Source: Nymphaea colorata
Lineage: Eukaryota
NCBI RefSeq assembly: GCF_008831285.2
Contig: NC_045138.2
Location: 1 to 64,000 of the forward strand
Direction of reading: 5' to 3'
Length of the DNA stretch: 64,000 bases
Shown here: positions 37,143 to 50,800 of the stretch, piece after piece
Numbering within the stretch: position 1 is the stretch's first letter
Layout: each line of letters begins with the position of its first letter
Notes under the pieces: model-generated
The model's database searches: none
The model's input: the letters and a program-made list of their open reading frames with translations, nothing else
Told to the model about the DNA's origin: nothing
Position numbers and translations under genes: made by a program

Positions 37143-37817
37143 GCAATATCCTGAGGCACCAAACCAAACTGGAAACCTGGAGAAGTTGGGCGATAGGTAG
37201 GAGTGCCTTCTGCTATGATGAAATACTTTTCATGTTCACACAACAAGATCTTATGTTGCATACAATAAAGCTTCAAAATAGTGTCACTAGAGGAGGATGA
37301 CACACCCTACAACTCTGTGAACCAGATACAAAGAGCAAGCCAAGGATGTATATAAAGTCCTTTGCGAATAGCAGGATGGAATTATTAGGAGGCATGCCGA
37401 TTGTTATACTTGTGTACGTAGCAAGAATAATCCACTAGGAGCTTTGTTTCAACAATATAATCACGTCCAAAAGTATCTCATCAAGAAATAAAACCTAATC
37501 TTGTGAAACTAGTCAGTTAATCTGAAATCAAGGAAGCGCTTAATTTCTCTTTAGATGAAAAAAGTCTACTTGGCCCCGTTGAAAATTTTGAAACTATATA
37601 ATCACCGATATTAGGAAAACATTCTGGCTACACCACCGTATTAATCCTTAATTACATGCTAGCAAACTTAGCAATTTGTCGTCTCATTGCATTATGTTAT
37701 TCTTTATTCAAATTTCTTACAAAGATTTAGAGTGTAGGAGTTGATATAGAAAAGCATTAATCTTGGTAGCATTAATAATGTCTCCTACGTAAGCAGCTTT
37801 TATTTCCTGTGAGAAGT

Positions 37818-37884
<67 letters not shown>

Positions 37885-40287
37885 CTTATGAAATAATGAC
37901 TCTCTTGCTAATTCATCAACTCCTGCCTACGTTTTTCCTTTGCTTCAATATGTTATCTGCGTAAATAATTTGACATCTAGTACATAATTGTTTCATGTTC
38001 CTAGCCATCAAGATAGAGATTTATTATAGAAGAGAGGAGCTTCAGTATTGGAGGTTCAATAACCTATTCAAATATCAAAGAGCGGGAACATGTTCGGAAG
38101 TTTTTCAAATTTGAGTATGAAAATAATCTGATCTCATCAAGATGCGTTAAGACATGAAGATTAAGTCGATAATCCCAAAAGTTGTCTAGTAGTTGTAAAT
38201 TTGGAAGGAAAGGATGTTAAGCATGTATAAAGGAAAAACTAGGTAAGGAGGGTGTTAGGCATGTATAAAGGAAAAACTAAGGAGTAAGATCAAGGTACAT
38301 CTTAAAACGCAGTCTAAAAGGGTCTTGTGACAAACTGTTATTGTACTAGAAATCTGCTTCAAAAGATAGGACAGATTCATGAAATACTATAACACAATTT
38401 TTGATGGATCTGCCTCATTTTCTGAGGCAGATTCAAGGGCGAGACAATAACACCCTGATGCGAAACACGAATGAATACTGTCCAATATGGCAAATATAAA
38501 TCTTCTACGTAAGTCAATTCCGTTAATTTACACTTTTAAAGGCTACGTTAAAATTTTTAGTCTAGTTTTTCCTTTCACAAACACCCTAGAAATGTTCAAC
38601 CCCGTCACACAAAAGAAACAGTGCAGTTCAGTCACTTCAAAAAAAAAAAAACCCCTCCTTTTACCCTTACAAGGTTGCAAGGAACACTGGGACATTTGGT
38701 CTTTTGGGGTGAGTGAATGTTTTATGATATGCATCAACTATTAAAGCAGATTCATAAACACTTATTCAAGTGGTTCATGAATCTACTTTAATGTATGGAA
38801 TAGATTCATAAAACACTTACGCAGTGTTTATCATGCCCTTTCAGTCCTGAAGATACACTTGCCTGTTCAGGTCCGAACATATAACATTGACCATGTAACG
38901 GCGGGCATATATAGTAGCCAAGTCGGAGGAGAGTTATGAATGACGTTGCTTAATTTGCTGAAAGTCTCGTAGAGGAAATTCATTTAAAAATTCTTTGTCA
39001 AGATTATACTTTTCTGCAATCAGACAGAGAGTTAAGTACTTCAAAGAACTGATGCATTTGGCTAAGCAGTTATCTTGATCCACCAATCATGCTATATTAC
39101 CATGTGATCAAGTCAACTTTACTAAAACTATTCTGAAAATAAAAATTCTAAAGTGCTTAATTAATTGGTGAAACTTCTAATAGTTGAACTCCGTAGCAAA
39201 AATGAGAAGGCCTTGTTGGCCTTTGCTGCAAATCCCTATTGTGGCCTTCTATGCAACTAACGCATGTTAGCCTGCAAGAAAAGCTATGGTAGTGGGGAGG
39301 ACTACATGTGGGCATGTGTGGGCAGTTGCCCACACAGCGCCATAAATTTTATTTATTTTCATCATAATGGCATCAGATAGGATTTGGATATTGTAATCAC
39401 CCCAATTTTTTTTAAGGACTATGATGTTTTATCCAAGTGCGAAATTCAAATTTAGGCACGAGATTTTCAAATACAACTTTCAGGTCCAAATTAAATCCAA
39501 AATACTACTCTCAGATCCAAATTAAATTCAAAATAGAACTTTCAGATCCAAATTAAATCCAAATACTAATTTAGATCCAAACCCAAGTTCAGATCCAAAT
39601 CAATCATTTAAGACTAATTTGCCCTTTCTTTTGACCAAAAACCTCCTTTTTAGAGGGTGATTTTAGTCTTTTTTAAACAAGACCGATTTGCCCTCCTTTT
39701 GATCAAAAAACCTCCTTTAGAGGGTGATTTTAGTCTTTTTTAAACAAGACCGATTTGCCCCTCCTTTTTGATCAAAAAACCTCCTTTTAAGGGTGATTTT
39801 AGTCTTTTTCAAACAAGACCGATTTGCCCCTCTTTTTGACCAAAAAACCTCCTTTTAGAGAGTGATTTTAGTCTTTTTGGTAAACAAGACCAATTTACCC
39901 CTCCTTTTGACCAAAAAACATCCTTTTAGAGGGTAATTTTAGTCTTTTTGGGTGGACAAGACCGATTTGCCCTTCCTTTGGCCAAAAAAATCTCCTTTTG
40001 GAGGGTGATTTTAGTCTTTTATGTCAAAAAATTCAAATTTTGGGTTTTGGCTCCAAAATCCTCTATAAATACCCCCCCATATCCTCCCTCTTGGGCAAGA
40101 TTGGTCCTTGGGAGAAACTCTAGTGTATTCTCACTTGAAGACTTAGAGTTTCTCTTGAGCTCTCTCTCTCTCCCTCTCCCTCTTTTCATTTCCTTCTCCA
40201 ACTTAGAGCAAGCACTCTTGGAGCTTCATTCAAAAGGGGATCTTCAAGTGAAGGTGTTCATCTTTCTTAAGTCATTTCCCATTAGAG

Positions 40288-40293
40288 GTATGT
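40288..40293 (+). promoter_or_regulatory. Predicted major splice donor in the LTR leader
   Basis: AGAG|GTATGT ~220 nt after the TATA box (40064-40071); identical core in the diverged LTR (27974-27979, -). Confidence 0.6.
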
Positions 40294-43200
40294 AATCTTC
40301 ATCCCTCTCATTTCTCTCTTCTTTCTTTTCATTAATATTCTTATTATTATGTTATTTCTTTTTCTTAAATATAGTCTTATTGTTGTTTTCATTTCTCTTC
40401 ACATCTTCATCTCCCCATGGCCAAAGGAGATAGCACTCAACCTCTTTTTAGAGACAAGAGACTATGCTCAAATGCACCGAGAGCATGAGAAGATGAGATG
40501 ATATTTTATTTTATGATTAAATCATGCTCTTTCAAGTATTCTTGTTGTTCTTGTTCTTTCTCTTTATCAATATCTTCTTGCTCTTTCTTCTATTCAATAT
40601 ATATTCTTGTTGTTGTTATTCTTTTCCTTAATGAATATATTTTTGTGTTATTGTTATTTCATTTCTTCAATATAGTCTTATTCTTGTTATTTGATTTCTT
40701 CGTTATTGTTTTTCTTTCTACATTTTCTCCTCATCTTCATCTCCCCACGGCTAAAGAAGGTAGCTCTCAATCTCTTTTTAGAGACAAGAAGCTATAATCA
40801 AAGTGCACCGGGAGCATGGAAAGATGAGATGATCTTTCATTTTAATCATGTTCTTTCTTTTCATGAATACATTCTTATTGTTCTTTTGTTTCCTCTTATT
40901 TTCCTCTCTTCCTCATTTCTCCATGGCCAAAAGAGATAGCTCTCAATCTCTATTTTAGAGTCAAGAGGCTATACTCAAGTGCACCGGGAACATGAGAAGA
41001 TGAGGTGGTATATCAATTCATAGTTACATCATATCTTCCCTCCTAATTGAACTTTGCTTTTTTTCATCATCCTCTTTCTTTCTTTCCTTCCTTGAAAGCT
41101 ATCTATATATTATGCATGCATAGTTGCTTAGTTCTTTACTTACATGTGAATGCATGTCGGGAATGAGAGTGTGGTTTGGGGACTTTTTATTTTCATATTA
41201 ATCTTTGAGGTTGGGACTTGTCCAACCCGGGATAAACCCTCACGAAAATGTACATGTTAATATGCATTTCCATATCATTTTGCACTAGTTTCCTTCTTAA
41301 TCATCACATTAGGAACCCTAACGAGTGCCTCGTTATGTTGCTTGTTTTCTTCCATACCCAACGGTAGAAGAAATATATCTCTTACAACAAACCAAATAAT
41401 AACATTCTATGCTTATATAAATCATATTTTCTAAAACATTTTCAAAAGAACCTTCTAACATGGCCTTAAGGACATAGCTTAGACTCTTGCATGAGTCCAA
41501 ACTCCCCTCCGGCCCACATTAAATTTGAAGTTGGTAATTTTAAGTTGTTCCTTGATTTTTCTAATCTTGTGAAGGTATGGATGTATACACATGTTATATA
41601 CATTTATGCCAACATGATGACCCTCATATTTCTCTCTCTATGCTTTCACTTTCTATTTTATAAATTTTCATATGTGCATGAATACGTATGTACATGTGCT
41701 CCATCTCCTCTCTTTCAAATATTTATTCCTCTTTTCAAGACAAATATCTTCTCTTATAACATTTCTCATACCCATATATGCGTATGATATTTTTCTTTTC
41801 CTCTAAAATCTCTATTTCTCTTCGAATCAATACATCTTTTTCTCTTAAACTTTCATATATGTGTATATGTGATGGTATGTACACATGTATGCATGTCTTT
41901 CTTTATATCTCTCTTTCCTTTCATAAGAGTGTTTTATCTCTTGTATTCTTTTTAACATTCTCACCTCATTAACTTTCTATTTACCAACTTCAATAAGACC
42001 ACAAACCAAGTAATGACCCAATATTGGAATCATACTTGATGTCTACAATCTCTATCCCTTTTCAAAAACTTTTCCTTCTTATATACAATAATTATAATAA
42101 TGAAATCTTAGATGTATGTTGTGGTAGGAATGACATTAGATAAATGTTGTGGTAGGAATGTTTTACATTTTTTTCAATCATATAGGATAAATGCATCCAT
42201 GCATTCTCACTCACTTTATTTCATTTATGATCACAAGCACCTCTCCAAAGGAACTTAAGCAAGAAGGGATGGAGCTCTAGCTAGGTGGTAACCGAATTAG
42301 AGCAAAATCTCAAACCTACTTAAAGTCTTAAGAGAACACTAAAGTGATTTCAAAATGTTTTCACAAGTTTTTCAAATGATATTTACTAGTTTCACTTTTT
42401 CCTCAAAACATTTCACATTTTCAAGCAATTATTCAAGAACCCTTTCAAAATTTGAAACTCCAAACTTTCAATATTTTCTACACCGCATATAGAATCAAAA
42501 AGATGTTTAAGTTAAAACTAAATGCATCAATGATAAACATAGTCCTTGGGTTGATTACCCCCGGTAAAGGTGCCGGGAACGGTCGATCCTCGTACCGACG
42601 GGCGAGTCCCTTTCTTTCCTCTTTCAAAACAAAAACCTTATTTTTCTGGAGCACTCCAAAACCAATGAAAATTTTGGGATGCAAACAGATGGCGACCGTG
42701 ATGGGACCCGTCATCGTTTGGCTATGATTATTGATGCATTTTCCCTAATTTGAACATCTCATGTATTGCCAATGATAAAGCATGTCCCCTATTTTGGCCT
42801 CGACCCCATTGGCATTTCATTGCATTGTTTGATGATTGTAAATGTTTTCTTGCACATAGGATTAATTGAGAATGATCAATCATGTTCACACATATTTATG
42901 ATCACATACCACCCTTCTCAATTTAGAAGTTGTTTGAAAGCCATGTTTGCTCTTCTATTTTAATCTTCAAACTTAGGCAACATTGCATTAGAGACAACTC
43001 AATTTATATGATTTCTCATATTTCAAAATTCCTCATACCTATTTGTCCCGGTCATCATGTTGCCGGGCTTGGTCTTTGGCGGTAGCACAACACTAAGCCT
43101 TACAACTAGACCACACCTTGGGCGGGAACGCCCCCTCGTTAGTACCATGAGTGGTAATTTATGGTATATCGACGAGTGATCAAGAAGAAGTTGATGAACT

Positions 43201-43494
43201 CTACCCTTAGTTGCCTAAGGAAGAATCTATGCTCGTACTAAGCCATTTGGCTAAGGTATATAAGCATAACTTGATATCGGATTATCGTGACACAAAATTA
43301 TCTCAATTAGGTTCATATACCCAATTTTTAAAAAAAAAAAAAAAGAAAATTATTTCATGATGGATGTTAATGTGCGTGAAACCTTATGTGATGATTTGCA
43401 ACCTCATTCCACACATCTACCTCATATTGTCTTTGTCAACCTAGTCAATGTTTTCCACTAATTCAATTTTTATCTTTTAGAGTCATCATTCAAG

Positions 43495-44713
43495 ATGTAT
43501 TCTTTCCAACATGGTGTCACATTCCCTTATGATCACATCCTTTTTGGGGAAGGTCCCGAACGGTCCACCTACATTTTCTTGAGTCTCAACCTTTGGCTCC
43601 CGAATGGTATCGGACTTGGCATCCCACCTTCTCTCGGATGTTTCCTTCTTACTTTGAAGAATGTGGGCTAGAGACAGTGGCAGCTGGAGGAATGCAGTCA
43701 GTTAATGGAAATTTGGTACATGCAATCGCCGAGCGTTGGAACCCAAGGACCTCCTCTTTTTGGTTTCCATGGGGAGAAATGACAATATTACTAGATGAAT
43801 TTGCCAAAATACTAGACCTCCCTACCCCAACTTGTGACCCAAATGATCTATTGGAAAAACAATTCCTTATGAACCCAACCAAGGTCAATGCAAATGACCT
43901 CATTGCTCACTTTACTGGACGGAAAACTTGGCCTTTAATAGAAAACCATAAAAATCAAAGCATCAACATGAAAAATTTGTATGAAGAATTTGGAACCTAT
44001 GTTGAACCTTCTACCCTACCTCGAAAAGCCATAGGGAGAATTAAACATTGTATGATGCTCTGCACAGTATGAGTGACCCTTTTTACCAATGGAAGTGACC
44101 TTTTAGATGTCCGTATTGCCCAACTTTTTCGAGTATGGGGCATAGAGGGACCTGACACTTGTCAGTAGCAATGACAGCCTTAGCCTTCCTTTACCGAGGA
44201 CTCACCCGCTTTACCATTGAAGATATCGACTTCATAGAAGGATGCACATATGCTTTACAATTGTGGTTCCTCAAGCATGCGGGACCCCAAGCCAGTCTAT
44301 TCAGAAACACTGATGGATCATTGACAACCTTGGAGCAATACCGTCGTTTGATCGAGCAATTGAATGAAGGAGAGATCATTTGGGATTATTGTGATCGTCG
44401 GCAGAGCCTACCCTGATACACTCACCATCATCATGGGCGTACCACACTCTTGGGCCCTTACTTCATAGTTGATTATTGTGCTGATAGATGTATGAGACAG
44501 TTCTCTCAAAGGCAGAAGATGGTCTCTGTGCATGCACCAATTGGAGCTATTCCCGAATTTGACCTTAGTTCTCCTCAATGGACAGCATTGTTTGCAGTAG
44601 CTCGACAAGAATGGAAGACACAAATATCATACACTTGGTTCATAGGCCCAGTGGTGAAGAAGGAATATGCTGAGTGGTGGGATGCCAACCGACCACCATC
44701 CATCCTTTCCTAA
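43495..44713 (+). pseudogene. PMD extra ORF of copy 3
   Basis: Same motifs as 9952-11172, with additional 1-bp homopolymer deletions. Confidence 0.85.
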
Positions 44714-44885
44714 AAAGTTTTATGTTGTCAACTTTGTATTCCTTCTGTCGTTGTCATCTTTATTAGTATCTTTGAATGTAACTTTTAAAAACTTGTAATG
44801 CAATATGAACCTTCATTTTGTCATCATTTCCGTCCAATAACTCTATTTTCTTATGTCATAAGGTGAATACTTGAAAGCCAACAAG

Positions 44886-47651
44886 ATGGTTGAAACTAGA
44901 TCGCAAGCTAAGCAGACTCCTCAAAACGAGGCTTCATCCTCTGAACTCCGTCTAGAAACACTTGGCCTCCCAGCAATCGAGCCAGAAGCTTACTATATGT
45001 TCCGTTTGTTCATGGAGCGATTCATGAAAGAGCAAGAAGAGCAAAAGGCCTTGATGGTTACTCCAGAGCCGGACAATGAAAAGACTGCCAAGCAAAAAAG
45101 AAAGAAGAAAAACAAGTCTTTTGTTGAAAATCAGGATGAAGACCATTTGGGTTCAGATTCGACAACTAGTAAGGAAGAAAGACCCGAACTGTTTTCTCTC
45201 AAAAAGAAAAAGACAACAAAGAAAAATAAAAAGGGAAAAGATGTTATGATAGAAAACAGCTCACCCAGTCCTATCACCACTGAAAGTTCGGAAGAGAAGC
45301 CCAAAAGGAAGAGAAAACATACCAAGAAAGTAAAAAAGACAAAGAAATACATCACTAGCGGCAGCTCAGACAGTGAGAGTTCTGAAGGAAAAGTAAAGGA
45401 GATCAAGGGCAAAAAGAAAAAGATCAAGCCAGAATTGGTCGAATCAAGTGATGATGAAAGTCCGACTAAGCGCAGATTCTACGAAATGGAGAAAAGAATG
45501 AACAATCTTGAGCTTAGGGGGAAGGGAAAACGTTCATACTCATGTGAGGACTACTACCTTGGCATTGAAGGAGACGAAGACGTGAAAGGCTTGCCCAGAG
45601 AATTCATCAGATATGATGGAACCACTTGTCCACACATTCATCTTTCAACTTTTTTTAATGATTGCTACAAAATTCGGACAAATAACAGAGCTTTGTTCCG
45701 ATATTTTTCAAGAAGTCTTGAAGGCATTGCCGCACAATGGTATAAAGAAAATATCAATCCAATCGAGCTGAAGGAGTTTGACAAGTTGATTAACATGTTT
45801 GTTGAAAGATTCAAACAAAATGCTCCCATGGCTCCAACCCTCAGTACCATTTGCAGTCTTCGTCAGAAACAAGGAGAAAAGGCTCGAGAATTCATCCAAA
45901 AATGGAGAATGCAATGCAATAAGATGAAGGAGCCCATTTCTGAGACACAAGCCTTGTCACTCATTAGGAAAAATCTTGCCCAACCCTTGAAAAGTCTCAT
46001 CCGCAATGCCCCGATCAAAACCTTTGCTGAGTTGATTGAACAAGCAAACTCGATAGAAGAAGGAATTGAGGAAGGAGATTTTGATGGAATTATTGCTCCT
46101 AAGTACAAAGAAGATGGAAAGAAAGGAGGAAGGACACAGTTGCCCGCACACTTCATAGCCAATGCTGGCATTAGAAACGACCATGGCAATAACTACAAGC
46201 ATGACAAGGACGTCAGTTTCAAGAAGAACACGCAGTTTTTCAAAGGCGACGATGAAAGGAAAAACAAACACCCAGGTTGGAGCTACGACCGGAAATTCAC
46301 TCCTCTGAGCCAGTCTCGGGAGAAGATCCTGGAATACCTTCTCGCCAAAGGAACTATCGTCTTGCCAAAAGTATCAGAGCCTCCAAAAATTATGGGAGGA
46401 AATAAAGAAAAACTGTGCAAGTTTCATCGTACCCCTGGTCATGACACTGAGGATTGTTTTGTCCTCAAAAACATTATTCAAGACTTCATCAACAAAGATC
46501 TCAAGATTTGTGATGATAACACCCCTGAGATACTAAGGAATCCATTCCCTGACCACGGAAAGGCGGCAGTGGCCATGATCACTACAGGCACTCCACTTCC
46601 GTACCATCCACAATAGCACATTCTACCTTATATTGGGAGCAGCTCACACAAAGTCATGGTGGTAGACCAAGGTAAGGAACCTCTAGATTTCATTGCTATG
46701 ATGAATGGTAGGATAGAAAGTTTGCCCAAGAAACTTCCTATGATTCCAAAGACTTTTATCTTACAAGGCGATGAATCATCAAATGACTCCTCAGATGAAG
46801 ATCCATGCTATTTGGACGTTCTCCCCTTGGAAGAATGTATGGATGAGCGAGACTCGATTCAAGCTTCTAAAAATCAGTCAATTACCTTCTCAGAAAAAGA
46901 CCTCTCAAAATGGAGATATTTCCATGAAGATGCTCTTTACATCGTTGTTCAGGTCAATGGGATGACGGTGCCACATGTTTTGATTGATGGAGGAAGTGGT
47001 TTGAATATTTGTCCTGATCTCACGGCTAAAACATTGGGGTTTCGTGAAAACAAATATCGTTCTGATAATACCAAGATCTACGGATACGATGGCCGAGGCA
47101 TGAACAGCAAAGGTACCCTCGACATGAATGTGATCATTGAAAATACTAGCCATTGTATTGTATTTCATGTGGTAGATGTACCACCATCATACAACCTGCT
47201 TTTGGGACGACCTTGGATCCATCAAGTACGAGGGATCCCATCCACTCTTCATCAATGCCTGAAATGGAATTTTGGTCCATCAATCATCACTGTCCGTGCT
47301 GAGGATCCAGTCAAGAGGTTGAGGTAACCTATGCTCCCTAGGCCAATTGATCCGGTAGATGTACCGAGCATAAGAACAACAAAGGACAGACCTTTGGAAG
47401 AATGGATGCAGAACATGGAGATAGAGGAACCATCTGGGAATGCTTATACTATTTCAAGCAATCGTGAAAGTTACCAAGAACACCTATTGTATGTTCATTT
47501 CATGAAAAACCCCAAGGGTTTTCAGTTGCTTCTGAAAGGTGGCTACCGTCCATTCACTGGCCTTGGGAAAAATGAAGTTGGCATCTTGCAACCGATTAGC
47601 ATCTCTTTTCAGATGAACATGAGAGGACTGGGATATCATGAAGGAATTTGA
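44886..47651 (+). pseudogene. gag-protease-G-patch of copy 3 (one frame, stops at 46614-46616 and 47325-47327)
   Basis: ORFs 44871-46616, 46656-47327 and 47331-47651 are all in the same frame; motifs as in copy 1. Confidence 0.93.
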
Positions 47652-47848
47652 AGAAGATCTTGGGGCTAATAGTATTCACTTTTGTTTCAAAATCCTTCCA
47701 TGAATTTTGTAATTTTGAACATCTTTTTGTCTCGTCTCATGAGAGAACCCATTCTATGAACTAAGAACCTTTTTTTTATATATATGCAAATGCAAGTAAT
47801 TTTTTGTTGTCAATTTCGTCCAACTCTTTCCTTTTTTCTCTTTACAGG

Positions 47849-50800
47849 ATGTCAGAACTCAATATGTCTCAGTTTATTCTTTTGCCACGAAAGTCCCCCC
47901 AGAAAGCATTTATCGAACAAGCAGTCGGTGAAATGGAACCTATGGCAATACCCGAGTCAGAATTACCAGAATTCACTCAGATTCAGAAACAAGAACATCC
48001 CTCATCTTTGGTGAATGATCCAATTGAAGAAATTAATATTGGAACAAGTGAAGATCGTAAAATTCTTCAAATTGGCACCAGTTTGTCAGTGAATGAGAAG
48101 AAAAGATTGGTGGACTTTCTTATAAGTAACCAAGAAGCTTTTGCTTGGACTTATGAAGATATGCCAGGCTTACACCCCCAATTGGTTGAACATCGTTTGC
48201 CCTTAAATCCTAATTGCAAGCCGATTAAGCAAAAATTGCGCAAGCTTGACCCTCGACTAGAAGGCCCTGTAAAAGAAGGACTAGAGGACTTGCTAAAGGC
48301 AAAATTCATTCGTGCCATAAATTACCCCGAATGGTTGGGGAACATCGTGGTGGTCCCCAAGAAAAATGGCAAAGTTAGGTTGTGCATCGACTTTCGAGAC
48401 TTGAACAAAGCCACACCGAAGGATGATTATCCTCTTCCAAACATTGATCTATTGGTAGACAGTACTGCAGGCCATGCAATGTTTTCTTTCATGGATGGAT
48501 ATTCGGGATATAATCAAATCAAATTAGCAGTCAAAGATCAACCTAAGACCGCTTTTACTACACCCTGGGGTACTTTTTGTTACACGGTAATGCCATTTGG
48601 GTTGAAGAATGCTGGAGCAACCTATCAAAGAGTTATGGCCGCCATCTTCCATGACCAGATGCATAAAATCATGGATGCATATATCGATGACATATTGATC
48701 AAATCCAAGACAAGAGAAGATCATATTGAAACTCTTGCCCAAGTATTCGAGAGGCTTTTACAGTACAAGCTTCGCCTGAATCCTCAAAAATGTGTGTTTG
48801 GGGTTGAGTCAGGCAAACTGTTGGGTTTCATGGTCAGTAAGAAGAGAATTGAAATGGATCTTACAAAAGCTAAGGCAATAATCGATATGCCACCACCTAC
48901 CAATATCAAGGAGTTGCGAAGCTTGCAAGGACGAATCCAATCCATCAGACGATTCATTTCCAATCTGGCCATGAGATGCGAGCCATTCAACCAGCTACTG
49001 AGGAAAGGTGTCAAGTTTGAATGGGGTTTTGAATGCCAACAGTCATTCGAAAGGATCAAGAAATACCTTCTAAATCCACCAATTCTAAAACCACCAACGT
49101 TGGGTAGACCACTGCCAGTGAATGAGTCAGCATGTGGCGGCTTTTTGGCACAATATGAGGAAGGAAGTCGCATTGAATATGCAATCTATTACATTAGCAA
49201 AACTTTTGTTCAGTACGAAAATAAGTACTCTCCAATAGAGAAAACTTGTCTGGCATTGGTTTAGATGTGTCAGAAGTTGAGACATTATTTATTAGCTTGT
49301 GAGGTCAAAATACTCTCCAAACTAAATCCTCTCAAGTACATCTTGAAACAACCATTCCTTAATGGGCGTATCGCAAAATGGCAAGTTCTGTTGATGCAAT
49401 ATGATCTTAAATATGTGTCTCAAAAGTCGATCAAAGGACAAACAATTGCGGATCAGTTAGCAGACTTCCCTCAGTACGAAGAAATCAGAACAAATGATGA
49501 GTTTCTCGATGAACATGTACTAAGATTGGAAACGGTTCCGACATGGAAGATGTACTTTGACGGGTCCAGAAATGTGATGGGAGCAGGCATAGGCATCTTA
49601 CTCATCACTCCAGAAAGCGAAATGATCTCGTACTCTTTAAAACTTGATTTTCCATGTACCCATAACATGGCTGAATATGAAGCCCTCATACAATGACTTC
49701 GTTCTTTATTGAGTTTTCAAGTGAAAAGAGTGAATGCCTTCGGCGACTCTCAGCTTATTATAAATCAAGTGAATGGAGAATGGCAAGTCAAAGATGAAAA
49801 GTTGGTGCCATATCAAGAAATTGCTACCTCCTTAATCTGTCAATTCGAAGAAGTACAATTGGCTCACGTAAAGAGAGAAGGTAACCCTATTGCAGATGGC
49901 CTTGCGAGCTTAGGATCGACCATCACTTTTCGAACCAATGAAGCAATCCGTTCTTTTGAGATTGGAAGATTAGAACACCCTGCTTTTGAAACGATTGCGC
50001 ATGTTCATCATATCCAAGGGGGGAATACGCCTTGGTACCATGACATCAAAAGGTACATTGAAAGCGGAGAATTCCCGACTGAAATGTCTAAAAATGAACA
50101 AAAAGCAATACAACGTATGTCAGCAAGGTACTTTATCCTAGCAGGGGTATTATACAGACGTGGATTTAGCACTGAATACTCTCGGTGCCTTGATGAAGAT
50201 GAGGCAAAGAAAGTAATCGAAGAATCACATCGGGGAGATTGTGGAGGTCATGTTGGTTACCAAACCCTCACCAAACAAATAATTCGAGCAGGGTATTATT
50301 GGCCTACCATGCAAAAAGATTGTCACCAATTTGTCAAAAGATGCAAAGAATGTCAACTGCATGCTCCAGTAATTCATGCCCCAGCCTCTCACTTGCATTC
50401 TGTGACATCTCCTTGGCCGTTTTCAATGTGGGCCTTTGACGTAGTCGGACCGATATCCCCTGCAGCTTCTAATGGCCATAAGTATTTTCTTGCTGCAACG
50501 GATTATTTTACCAAGTGGGTAGAAGTTGTCACACTCAGAACAGTGGAAGGACGTCATGTAGTGTCCTTCATTCACAAAAATCTTCTTTGCAGATTTTGAG
50601 TCCCTCATGATATAGTATCAGACAACGGAACTCATTTCAAGAATGAAAAGATGAGGCAATTGTGCAGCAAGTACCACATCACGCATCATTTTTCAGCTCC
50701 TTATTATCCCCAAGGCAATGGACAAGCAGAGGCTACCAACAAGATCTTGATCCGCATCTTGGAACGGACAGTAGAAACTGGAAGAGATTGGCATGAAAAG

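Noticed and set aside
36964..37303. ORFs spanning the N run
   Set aside because: Artefacts of translating through the gap.
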